DNA from: an uncultured Verrucomicrobiota bacterium
GTDB lineage: Bacteria > Verrucomicrobiota > Verrucomicrobiia > Limisphaerales > JAYPEY01
Length of the DNA stretch: 64,000 nucleotides
Direction: 5' to 3'
Assembly: GCA_964519245.1 (NCBI GenBank)
Contig: CAZFLK010000010.1
Coordinates: forward strand, 2,612-66,611
Part shown: positions 20,297-28,873 of the stretch, in pieces
How the letters are laid out: every line of letters starts with the position of its first letter
How positions within the stretch are numbered: position 1 is the stretch's first letter
Translations under genes and position numbers: made by a program
The notes under the pieces: generated by a model
The model's database searches: none
What the model was told of the DNA's origin: nothing
What the model saw: only the letters and a program-made list of their open reading frames with translations

Positions 20297-22609
20297 ATGA
20301 AGAAGCTGATTGCCACTCTGATCGCCCTGGCGGGCGTGTCCGAAGCGCCCGCGACCGGCGCCGTCACGCCCAAGCAGCGGGTTTTCTTTGAGAACAAGAT
20401 CCGCCCCGTCCTGGTCCAGCATTGCTACGAATGCCACACGCCGGATGCCAAGAAGATTGGCGGCAAGCTGCTGCTGGATTCCCGGGCGAATCTGCTGAAA
20501 GGCGGCGAGTCCGGCTCGCCGATCGTCGCCGGAAATCCCGGGCAGAGCCTGCTCATCCAATCTCTCCACTGGAGCGGCGATCTCGAGATGCCGCCCAAGG
20601 CCCCGCTGCCGCCGCAGGTCATCGCCGACTTTGAAGCCTGGATCGCCATGGGCGCGCCCGACCCCCGCACCGGCGCCGCCACCGCATTGGGCGGGATCTC
20701 CTACGAGGAAGGCGACCTCTGGGCGCTGCAACCGATCATCGCCCCCGCGCTGCCAGCTGTCGCCGCTCGCGACTGGCCACGTGGACCCGTCGATCGCTTC
20801 GTCCTGGCCGGTCTGGAAAAGCGGGGACTGGAACCGGTCGCGGACGCCGCCCCCGAAGCGCTTGTCCGGCGACTCTATTACGACTTGATCGGGCTCCCGC
20901 CCAGCCTGCGCGAGGTGCGCTCGTTTGTCGCGGATCATCAGGCGCGCGGCGCGGCCGCCGTGGGGCGCTGGGTGGACGACCTGCTGGCCTCGCCGGCTTT
21001 CGGCGAGCGGTGGGGGCGACACTGGCTGGATGTGGCCCGCTACGCGGAGTCCAATGGCAATGACGGCCTCAGCCGCAACCCCACCTTTCCACACGCCTGG
21101 CGTTATCGGGATTACGTGATCAACGCCTTCAACGAGGACACCCCCTACGACCGCTTCCTCACCGAACAGATTGCCGGAGATCTGCTCCCCGCCGAATCCC
21201 CCGAACAACGGGACCGGGGCCTGATCGCCACCGGCTTCCTGGCCATGACCGCGAAACCGGCCAAGGCCATGAACAACAATTTCGCAATGGATGTGGTTGC
21301 CGATCAGATTGACCTGATCGGCTCGGGGATCATGGGCTTGAGCGTCGCCTGCGCGCGTTGCCACGACCACAAGTTCGACCCGGTCCCAACCCGGGATTAC
21401 TACGCCTTGGCGGGGATTTTCACCAGTTCGGAGACCATGTGGGGCGTCGCCGCCAACGAGAAACTCACCGCGCCCCCCACCGACCTTCACGTCCTGACGG
21501 CCGCCCCGAAAGCGGCCCCGCCGAAGGGCTGGAAGGAAACTGTGCTCGTCCTCGAATCCAACACCGGCAAGCCCAAGCCCGTTCCCAAGCCGAAATGGCC
21601 GGCCGGAACCCCGCTGGCCATGGGAGTACGAGACGTCAAGAAGCCCGCCAACGCCAAGATCAATATCAAGGGAGACGCCAAGAAACTGGGTGAACAGGTC
21701 CCCCGCGGTTTCGTGAGCGCCTGCAGATCCGGAACCGATATCACGATCGACCCCAAGCAAAGCGGCCGCCTGCAGCTGGCGGAATGGCTGACGGCCGCGG
21801 ATCACCCCCTGACCTCCCGAGTCATGGTCAACCGCGTCTGGCAGCGCCTCTTTGGTCGGGGCATCGTCGCCACCCCCAATGACTTCGGCGTCTACGGCGA
21901 TCGCCCCTCGCACCCCGAACTGGTGGATCACCTCGCCAGCCGATTCATGACGGAGGGCTGGTCCGTCAAACGCTTGATCCGGATGATCGTTCTCTCCCGC
22001 ACCTACCAACTCGCGAGCCACTCAACACCCGAGCTGGCACAAACCGACCCCGAGAACATCTGGTTGGCGCGCCACAGCCGCCGCCGACTGGACGCCGAGG
22101 CGTTGCGCGACGGAATGTTGTCGGTTTCCGGCGCATTGAATCCCAGCTTCATGGAAGGCTCCATTATCCGACATCGCGACATCCTGGTGAATCTCGCGGG
22201 CAATCTCCACCAGCCCAGCCGCCATCGCAGCGTCTACCTCTGCTATCTCCGCAGCTCGCCGCCACCGGAGTTGGCCGCCTTTGATCTGCCGGACTTCGTC
22301 ACTCCAGTCGCTCAACGCGAAACCAGCGTGCGTCCCGGACACGCGCTCTTCCTGCTCAACAATCCCTTTGTCGTAGAACAGGCAAACCGCCTCGCGGGGA
22401 TTCTCCAGGAAACGGCATCAAGGAAACCGGAGGAGCGGATCAAGCTCGCCTATCAACGGGCGCTGACCAGAAACCCCAGACCGGAAGAGCTGACCGGCGC
22501 CATGGAACTGGTGCGGGCGACCGCCTCGGATACCGGTTCGGAATCGAAGGCCTGGTCGAGCCTCTGTCAGGCCTTGCTCGCCTCCAGCGAATTCCGCTAT
22601 ATTGAATGA
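20297..22609 (+). CDS. PSCyt1/DUF1549/DUF1553 domain protein (second copy)
   Basis: Signal peptide, haem motif [32 protein letters not shown], tail [14 protein letters not shown]. Paralogue of 2593..5127. Confidence 0.85.
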   Translation: MKKLIATLIALAGVSEAPATGAVTPKQRVFFENKIRPVLVQHCYECHTPDAKKIGGKLLLDSRANLLKGGESGSPIVAGNPGQSLLIQSLHWSGDLEMPPKAPLPPQVIADFEAWIAMGAPDPRTGAATALGGISYEEGDLWALQPIIAPALPAVAARDWPRGPVDRFVLAGLEKRGLEPVADAAPEALVRRLYYDLIGLPPSLREVRSFVADHQARGAAAVGRWVDDLLASPAFGERWGRHWLDVARYAESNGNDGLSRNPTFPHAWRYRDYVINAFNEDTPYDRFLTEQIAGDLLPAESPEQRDRGLIATGFLAMTAKPAKAMNNNFAMDVVADQIDLIGSGIMGLSVACARCHDHKFDPVPTRDYYALAGIFTSSETMWGVAANEKLTAPPTDLHVLTAAPKAAPPKGWKETVLVLESNTGKPKPVPKPKWPAGTPLAMGVRDVKKPANAKINIKGDAKKLGEQVPRGFVSACRSGTDITIDPKQSGRLQLAEWLTAADHPLTSRVMVNRVWQRLFGRGIVATPNDFGVYGDRPSHPELVDHLASRFMTEGWSVKRLIRMIVLSRTYQLASHSTPELAQTDPENIWLARHSRRRLDAEALRDGMLSVSGALNPSFMEGSIIRHRDILVNLAGNLHQPSRHRSVYLCYLRSSPPPELAAFDLPDFVTPVAQRETSVRPGHALFLLNNPFVVEQANRLAGILQETASRKPEERIKLAYQRALTRNPRPEELTGAMELVRATASDTGSESKAWSSLCQALLASSEFRYIE

Positions 22610-22633
22610 CCTGAATCCGGAAAGAACCGCGCC

Positions 22634-23950
22634 ATGAATCCTGTTTCCCGTCGCCAGATGCTCCAGACCGCCTCGTGCGGTTTCGGTTACCTCGCCTTCT
22701 CCGCGCTCGCACAAGCCGCTAGCCCCGCGCCCAAGGCCCGCGCCAAACGCGTGATCTTCCTTTGCATGAGCGGAGGCCCGGCGCAGCTCGACACCTTTGA
22801 TTTCAAGCCCCAGATCGGCAAGAAGCCCCACCCCGGTTCGGTCTTCGACTTCAAGCGGCGGGGAGACAGCGGTCTTTGGGTCTCGGAACTCCTGCCGGAG
22901 ACCGCGCGCATGGCGGACAAACTCTGTGTCATCAACGGCATGCACGCCGACACTGGCATTCACGCCCAGTCATTCCTCCAGCTGCACACCGGCGACCGCT
23001 TGCGCGAACGTCCCAGCCTGGGTTCCTGGATCAGCTACGGACTCGGCACGGAGAACCAGAATCTCCCCGGGTTCATCAGCATGAACACCTCGAAGCCGGC
23101 GGCCTACTCCAGCGCCTTTCTGCCCTCCGCCCACACCGGCACGCCCATCGGCGTCAACGGCGAAAACATGTCCAAGGCGACGATCAGCAATGTCCGGGGC
23201 GGACACCTCCCCCTCGCCGCCCAGCGCCGGCAGCTGCGATTCCTGCAGTCCATGAACCACAGCCACCTCGAGCGGCGCAACCACGACGCCACGCTGGAAA
23301 ACGTGATCAAATCCATGGAGCTCGGTTTCCGCATGCAGACCGAAGCGCCGGGCCTGCTCGATCTCAGCAGTGAATCCGCCGCAACGCTGGAGCGCTACCG
23401 CGTCGGAGCCCAGGAAAAGCCGGTCGGCACCTGCCGCATGTCCGATTTCGGGCGACAATGTCTGCTGGCCAGGCGCTTCGCGGAAGCCGGCGTCCGCTTC
23501 ATCGAGCTCAACCATGGCAGCTGGGATCAACACAAGAATCATCGCCGCGACCTGCGCGCCAACTGTGAAGCGACCGACGCGCCCATTGCCGCCTTGTTGG
23601 AAGATCTTGAGCAACGCGGAATGCTCGACGACACCCTGGTCGTCTGGGGAGGTGAATTCGGGCGCCCAGGGCTGACCCCCGGCAACAAGAAGGATGAGAC
23701 CGGACACAACGCCAACGGCTTCACCTTCTGGCTGGCAGGCGGCGGCGTCAAGGCGGGCCACGTCCACGGCAAGACCGACGCCAAGGGAGCGCGGGCGGTC
23801 GAAGGCAAGGTGCATTTTCGCGACCTGCACGCGACCATCCTCGACCTCATGGGCCTGCCGGCAAACGACCTCAAATACGCCCATGCCGGTCGCGAGCACC
23901 GACTGACCGGCCCCGAGGGCGGCAAGGTGGTCCGGGAAATCTATTCCTGA
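22634..23950 (+). CDS. DUF1501 domain protein (second copy), Tat-type signal
   Basis: [50 protein letters not shown]. Paralogue of 5136..6572. It starts 24 nt after the upstream stop. Confidence 0.85.
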   Translation: MNPVSRRQMLQTASCGFGYLAFSALAQAASPAPKARAKRVIFLCMSGGPAQLDTFDFKPQIGKKPHPGSVFDFKRRGDSGLWVSELLPETARMADKLCVINGMHADTGIHAQSFLQLHTGDRLRERPSLGSWISYGLGTENQNLPGFISMNTSKPAAYSSAFLPSAHTGTPIGVNGENMSKATISNVRGGHLPLAAQRRQLRFLQSMNHSHLERRNHDATLENVIKSMELGFRMQTEAPGLLDLSSESAATLERYRVGAQEKPVGTCRMSDFGRQCLLARRFAEAGVRFIELNHGSWDQHKNHRRDLRANCEATDAPIAALLEDLEQRGMLDDTLVVWGGEFGRPGLTPGNKKDETGHNANGFTFWLAGGGVKAGHVHGKTDAKGARAVEGKVHFRDLHATILDLMGLPANDLKYAHAGREHRLTGPEGGKVVREIYS

Positions 23951-23959
23951 CGGGAAACG

Positions 23960-24670
23960 TCACTTGTCGGGCCGCCGGTCCCCGGGGGCATTCCCGGGAC
24001 GTCGTTGCCGCCCGATTCCTTTCATTCGCTCCAACTGGCGGCTTTCCTCGGCCGTGATCACGCCCTCGGTCTTCTTCCGCTCCAGCTCGGCCAGTCGCGC
24101 CTGAAACGCGCGACGCATCCGGTCATTCCGTTGCGGCTGTTCGGGCGCCCCTGGCTTGGAAACGCCCGCCTTCTCAAAGAATTCGCGAAACCGGGCCATC
24201 CGCTCCTCCTCGGGCTGCCCCTGGAGTTGGCGTCTGAGCTTGAGGAACTCCTCCCGTTGCATCGGAGTCAACCGGCTGAAGAGAGCCGCTCCGTCCTTGC
24301 CCGGGCGGTCCACCTCATTGAATGCGCCCCGGCGGCGCATCTCGGCCAGACGTGCGCGCCGCTCATCCGCCGGCAGATTCCGCATCTCCCTTTGCAGCCG
24401 TTCCATTCGCTGCCGGGCGCCACGATTCATGGCTCCATAGGGCCCGACGCCGGTAGCTGACGAGGAAGACACGCCGTACTCGCGGCGGAGTGCGTTGATT
24501 CCCGCTTCACGATCCGCAGGACTCATCTGCCGAAGTTGCTCACGCACCTCGGCGCGCGACGGCAGTTGCTTGTGCAACGGCGCCTTTTCCGCCGCAGCCC
24601 CGGCCACAACTGCGACAAAAAAGCACAGAACCGCGCGCAGCTGGAATCTGGATTCAGAATGTTTCATCAT
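23960..24670 (-). CDS. Secreted Arg/Glu-rich helical protein (hypothetical; one LTxxQ-like motif)
   Basis: Signal peptide MMKHSESRFQLRAVLCFFVAVVAGAAA, then a highly charged helical sequence. RLTPMQREEF resembles the LTxxQ motif of CpxP/Spy-type periplasmic proteins. The family call is weak. Confidence 0.55.
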   Translation of the reverse strand: MMKHSESRFQLRAVLCFFVAVVAGAAAEKAPLHKQLPSRAEVREQLRQMSPADREAGINALRREYGVSSSSATGVGPYGAMNRGARQRMERLQREMRNLPADERRARLAEMRRRGAFNEVDRPGKDGAALFSRLTPMQREEFLKLRRQLQGQPEEERMARFREFFEKAGVSKPGAPEQPQRNDRMRRAFQARLAELERKKTEGVITAEESRQLERMKGIGRQRRPGNAPGDRRPDK

Positions 24671-24815
24671 CGAGAGCGTTGCATACAGGATTTGAAACGC
24701 TTGTCAGGGCTAGACGCCGACCACACAGGCGCGGTTACAAGCCCAAGCCTTGTCGGGCGGCCCGCACCGTTCTTTTGGTGGCCAGATCGTTCCAAATTTG
24801 ATCTAAATCCTGGCC

Positions 24816-25208
24816 ATGCCGACCTTTCTCGAATGTCAGCGCTGTGCCGCATGCTGCCGCTGGCCCGGTTTTGTTCAAGTCAACGAGGCCGAGATCACGG
24901 CTTTGGCCGCCCAGCTGAAAATCCCCGAAACGGTTTTCATTGCCCGATTTACCCGGCTACGCCCCGATCGACAGGGACTCGCATTGACCGATAAAGAGAA
25001 CGGCGAATGCGTCTTTCTGCAGGAAGGCGGCTGCAGCGTGCAGGCTGCCAAACCTCAGCAATGCCGGGATTTCCCCAATTTATGGAAGAACCCCGGAATG
25101 GAAGCCCAATGTCAGGCAATTGCTCGCGAAGTCTCGGCGAAGGACTACATAGCGCTTGTCGCGAAAGCCACCGGACGCCCTCAGGAACACATCCGCTCGT
25201 CGCGCTAA
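24816..25208 (+). CDS. YkgJ-family cysteine-cluster (zinc/iron-chelating) protein
   Basis: MPTFLECQRCAACCRWPGFV (CxxCxxCC) plus a downstream C...C cluster (GECVFLQEGGCSV...QQCRDFP). Confidence 0.8.
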   Translation: MPTFLECQRCAACCRWPGFVQVNEAEITALAAQLKIPETVFIARFTRLRPDRQGLALTDKENGECVFLQEGGCSVQAAKPQQCRDFPNLWKNPGMEAQCQAIAREVSAKDYIALVAKATGRPQEHIRSSR

Positions 25209-25456
25209 TCCCGATCCAAATCGAGATATTCCTCCAAATTGGCCAAAAAACCCCTTAAGTCCGCCTCGATTCGTTCCTGTTGATCCAGAATTTGATCGGC
25301 GAACCGGACGGCCTCGTCGGGCTTTAGTTTGATCAACTCGGCCGCGGACGAGATCATGAACAGCGCGTTATTCACATTATGCCGCATCATTCGGAAACTC
25401 CCATAGAGACTGTTCTCTGAGGCCGAATTTCCGCCATTTTCCGCTGAATCAACCAT
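25205..25456 (-). CDS. Small hypothetical protein with DHp/HisKA-like helix (no ATPase domain)
   Basis: 83 aa. FRMMRHNVNNALFMISSAAELI resembles a histidine-kinase H-box helix, and a second helix follows. Its stop overlaps the ykgJ stop (CTAA, convergent). Confidence 0.5.
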   Translation of the reverse strand: MVDSAENGGNSASENSLYGSFRMMRHNVNNALFMISSAAELIKLKPDEAVRFADQILDQQERIEADLRGFLANLEEYLDLDRD

Positions 25457-25628
25457 TATTCCCCGATGGAATCAGCGAACGCGCCCGATGACAAGCTGGA
25501 TTCCGGTTGAATAAGACCGCGGGCCGCGGGGTCCGATCGCTGTTCTCAGGTGAGAAACGGAGACCGGGCGGCCCGTCCGGTCCGAGATTCGGGCGCGCAA
25601 CCCTGCCTGAAATATCATGAATTGCTGA

Positions 25629-25657
25629 TTGACACCCAGGGTCCCGAGTCCTAGGCT
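25629..25657 (+). promoter_or_regulatory. Candidate sigma-70-type promoter for rpsU
   Basis: TTGACA (25629-25634), a 17-nt spacer, then TAGGCT (25652-25657). A purine-rich SD (GAGAGGAAG) precedes the rpsU start. Confidence 0.4.
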
Positions 25658-25743
25658 CCCCGCCCTGATTTTGAGAGAAACCCGAGTCAGCCTGAAGCGT
25701 TTACACGCCTCGGAGACCATACCAGAGAGGAAGTGAAGTAGTT

Positions 25744-25941
25744 TTGGTAGAAATTAAATTGAAAAAAGGCGAGCCGGTCGAGAAGGCCTTGCGTCGGTTG
25801 AAGAAGAAGATCGACCGCGAGGGCACTCTCAAGGAAGTGCGCAATCACCGCCACTTTGAGAAGCCCAGCGAGAAGCGTCGCCGCCGGATGAAGGTCGCGA
25901 AGTTTTCAGCGATGCTGAGCGCCCGTTACGCGGACATGTAG
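25744..25941 (+). CDS. rpsU: 30S ribosomal protein S21
   Basis: (M)VEIKLKKGEPVEKALRRLKKKIDREGTLKEVRNHRHFEKPSEKRRRR... is a canonical S21. TTG start. Confidence 0.9.
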   Translation: MVEIKLKKGEPVEKALRRLKKKIDREGTLKEVRNHRHFEKPSEKRRRRMKVAKFSAMLSARYADM

Positions 25942-26024
25942 GCCGTTCCCGACTGCGTTGTCCAAGACGTCCCATTTAGGGCAATTTTCAGCGGCAATAC
26001 GGTTGCTGAACAAAAATCAAGAGG

Positions 26025-26059
26025 ACGGGGTTGCCTGTTTGGGCGGCCCCGTTTTTTTG
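26025..26059 (+). terminator. Rho-independent terminator after rpsU
   Basis: 11-bp stem ACGGGGTTGCC (26025-26035) / GGCGGCCCCGT (26042-26052, two G-U pairs), a 6-nt loop, then a T7 run. Confidence 0.75.
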
Positions 26060-26208
26060 TGGGCGGTCGTGCCGGTGGAAGGTCGATTCGCTCGGTGGGC
26101 GGACGGCAAGCGTTGGCCCCGCGCCACGAACGACTGCTTGGTTTCAACTTCCAAGCCGCCCGACCAGGAAAGTAGATCAACCACCCGCCTGCCCAGTTTG
26201 AGTGTTCG

Positions 26209-27303
26209 ATGAAGGAGTCGAGTAAGACCGGTCGCCTCGCTGTGCGACTCGCCATTTGCGCCGCTTTGCTGGTCTGGATTTTTCATGTCATTTTCGTCCA
26301 GGAAGGGCGGCTGGCGGTCGAGGCCCAGGGAGGGAGCTGGGACGGCATGACTCGCCAGGAGCAGTTTCAGGCTGCCTGGAGTTTGGGGCCTTCCGCAGTC
26401 TGGGGGACCCTGCGCGCGGTCAGCCCCTCCCTTTATGCGTTGTCGCTCCTGTTGGTGGGAGCGACGCTCGTCATAGGCGCCCGTCGGTGGCAGTTGGCTC
26501 TTCGCGAACAGGGCCTGAACCTCCCGTTTGCCCGCGCTTTGGAAATTTCGCTGATCGCGCATTTTTTCAATTCCTTTTTGCTGGGATCGACCGGCGGCGA
26601 TCTCCTGAAAGCCTTTTACGCCGCCCGGGAGACCCATCACAAGAAGACAGAGGCGGTGACGACGGTATTCGTGGACCGCCTGATCGGACTGTTTTCCATG
26701 CTGCTGTTCGCAGTCGCCTTTGCGGCGCCCCAAATTGGCGCCATCCGGGCGCATGAGTTTACAGGACTGGTCTTTCTCACCGTCCTGGGCATGCTGGGAG
26801 CGTGCGGGGTTCTGGTCTATGCCGCGTTCTGGGGCAGAGGGTCCGGCGGTGAGTCGTGGGTGGGAGGGTGGTTGCGGCGACTACCCCGGGGCGAGTATCT
26901 GGAACGTTCGTTGCTATCCTGCCGTATCTACGGCGGCAGGCCCCTGTTTCTGGTTCAGTCACTGGCGCTGTCAATGGCGCTGAACCTGTTCTGCGTGCTT
27001 CAGTTTCATGCGATCTCCCAAGGGCTAGGGTTGTCAATTCCTCTGGGATTATTGCTGTTTCTGGCGCCCGCAATCATTTGCATTTCAGCCCTGCCGATCA
27101 CCCCCAACGGGCTCGGTGTCCGCGAACATCTGTTCGTGGGCGCGCTTTCAGCCGCCGCAGTCGGCATCTCGGCCAAAGCGGCCCTGTCGCTTTCCCTGCT
27201 GGCTTATTCCGGCAGTTTGATCTGGAGCGTCATTGGTGGCGTTGTCTACGTGAATCTGAAGGAATCCAGACATCTTGACGAGGTGGCCAACGCCGGAACC
27301 TGA
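26209..27303 (+). CDS. Flippase-like / lysyl-phosphatidylglycerol-synthase-TM-type (UPF0104) membrane protein
   Basis: 364 aa, about 8 TM segments. The N-terminus MKESSKTGRLAVRLAICAALLVWIFHVIF and the FFNSFLLGSTGGDLLKAFY block are typical of this family. Confidence 0.75.
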   Translation: MKESSKTGRLAVRLAICAALLVWIFHVIFVQEGRLAVEAQGGSWDGMTRQEQFQAAWSLGPSAVWGTLRAVSPSLYALSLLLVGATLVIGARRWQLALREQGLNLPFARALEISLIAHFFNSFLLGSTGGDLLKAFYAARETHHKKTEAVTTVFVDRLIGLFSMLLFAVAFAAPQIGAIRAHEFTGLVFLTVLGMLGACGVLVYAAFWGRGSGGESWVGGWLRRLPRGEYLERSLLSCRIYGGRPLFLVQSLALSMALNLFCVLQFHAISQGLGLSIPLGLLLFLAPAIICISALPITPNGLGVREHLFVGALSAAAVGISAKAALSLSLLAYSGSLIWSVIGGVVYVNLKESRHLDEVANAGT

Positions 27304-27379
27304 GGCCTGAGCTGTTCGGCGGGCGGGGTCCTGGCATTGCTTTTCACGCGATGCTCGCGTATCTGTCGTCGAAATTCAT

Positions 27380-28840
27380 ATGGATAAGATATTGTTGGTG
27401 GATGATGAGTCGGACGTCCTGTATTCGTTCAAACGGATATTTGATACCCCGGACATTGAGATCAGCACCGCGTCGAGCGGTGAGGCGGCGCTTGAGGCTA
27501 TTCCCGGGGTTAAGCCTCATCTGGTCATCATGGACGTGCGTATGGGCGGCATCAATGGGTTGGAAACATTGCGCCGGATTCGCCAACAAGATGGGAAACT
27601 TCCGGTAATCATGATGACGGCCTATGGCACAACCCAGACAGCCATCGAAGCCATGAAACTGGGCGCCTATGACTACCTGCTGAAACCGTTCGAAGTGCCC
27701 AAGCTCAAGGAGATCGTGCACGGCGCGTTGGACGCCTCCCGGGCCATGCGACAAGTTGTTTCCTACGAGCCCCTGCTTGAATCCGAGGATTACGATATCG
27801 GCATTGTGGGCCGCAGCGCGCCCATGCAGGACGTGTTCAAACTGATCGGCCAATTGGCCACATCGGACGCAACCTGCCTAATCACCGGGGAAAGCGGCAC
27901 TGGCAAAGAGTTGGTTGCCCGGGCGATCTATAGTCACGGACGCCGTTCGGAACAGCCCTTTCTGGCCATCAATTGCGCCGCGATCCCTGAGAACCTGTTG
28001 GAAAGTGAGCTTTTCGGCCACGAGAAGGGAGCCTTCACCGGGGCCAACACCCAACGCATTGGCAAGTTCGAACAATGCGACAAAGGCACCCTGTTCCTGG
28101 ATGAAATTGGGGATATGAGCCTGCCGACGCAGACCAAGATACTTCGAGTGCTTCAGTCCGGCGCCTTTGAGCGCGTGGGAGGCAACAAGCCGGTCAACGT
28201 TGACGTCCGAATCATCGCCGCCACAAACAAACCGCTCGACAAGGCAGTGGCGGAACGGGAGTTCCGCGAGGATTTGTTTTACCGCTTGAATGTCGTGCAA
28301 GTTCGCACCCCTCCGCTAAGGGAGCGGAGGGGCGACATACGCCTGTTGGTGAATTATTTCTTGAACAAGTTCGCGTCGGATTCCGGGCAACGGCCGAAAG
28401 CTATTCTCCCCGAGGTGATCACCCGCTTCGAGGAGTACGCTTGGCCGGGGAACGTGCGCGAGCTGGAGAACGCCGTACAGCGCGCCTTGGTCGTCAGCAA
28501 AGGTGACGCGATCATGCTCAATGATCTGCCCGATAATATTCGGGCGGGAGAACGGGTGATGCCGCTGTCCGAGCCGGAAGACGAGCAGGTCCAGGAACAC
28601 GGCGGGGAATCCACAACCCGTTCCGGCCTGGAGGATATCGCGCGGCAACTATTTGAGTGGGCTCGCGAAGACGCGGATCTGAAAATACTGCCCGCAGTGG
28701 AGCGCCAATTGATCATTCATGCGCTGAAGGATACCGGCGGCAACCAAGTCAAGGCGGCGAAATTGCTGGGAATCACCCGCGCAACGCTGCGAAAAAGGAT
28801 CGACAAATTCGAGATTCGACGCGAACTGGAAATCCGTTGA
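27380..28840 (+). CDS. Sigma-54-dependent response regulator (NtrC/PilR-type: REC - AAA+ - Fis HTH)
   Basis: REC domain (ILLVDDE..., acceptor D in VIMDVRM). AAA+ domain with GESGTGKE (Walker A), GAFTGA (sigma-54 contact loop), LFLDEIG (Walker B). C-terminal HTH (NQVKAAKLLGITRATLRKRI). Confidence 0.93.
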   Translation: MDKILLVDDESDVLYSFKRIFDTPDIEISTASSGEAALEAIPGVKPHLVIMDVRMGGINGLETLRRIRQQDGKLPVIMMTAYGTTQTAIEAMKLGAYDYLLKPFEVPKLKEIVHGALDASRAMRQVVSYEPLLESEDYDIGIVGRSAPMQDVFKLIGQLATSDATCLITGESGTGKELVARAIYSHGRRSEQPFLAINCAAIPENLLESELFGHEKGAFTGANTQRIGKFEQCDKGTLFLDEIGDMSLPTQTKILRVLQSGAFERVGGNKPVNVDVRIIAATNKPLDKAVAEREFREDLFYRLNVVQVRTPPLRERRGDIRLLVNYFLNKFASDSGQRPKAILPEVITRFEEYAWPGNVRELENAVQRALVVSKGDAIMLNDLPDNIRAGERVMPLSEPEDEQVQEHGGESTTRSGLEDIARQLFEWAREDADLKILPAVERQLIIHALKDTGGNQVKAAKLLGITRATLRKRIDKFEIRRELEIR

Positions 28841-28873
28841 CCCCCGAAGCCGCGTCAACGCCCGCTCGCACGC

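Noticed and set aside
20279-22021. Long antisense or alternative-frame ORFs opposite real genes (also 52169..54100, 50576..52156, 43543..44508, 5388..6488, 3664..4398, 29675..30928)
   Set aside because: Each overlaps a gene with strong family motifs on the other strand or frame. Their compositions are R/G/P/A-biased and motif-free.
28835-28860. 7-bp inverted repeat (cGTTGAC...GTCAACg) between the convergent regulator and 1204-aa genes
   Set aside because: The stem is short, the loop is 12 nt, and there is no flanking T/A run. This is too weak to call a bidirectional terminator.
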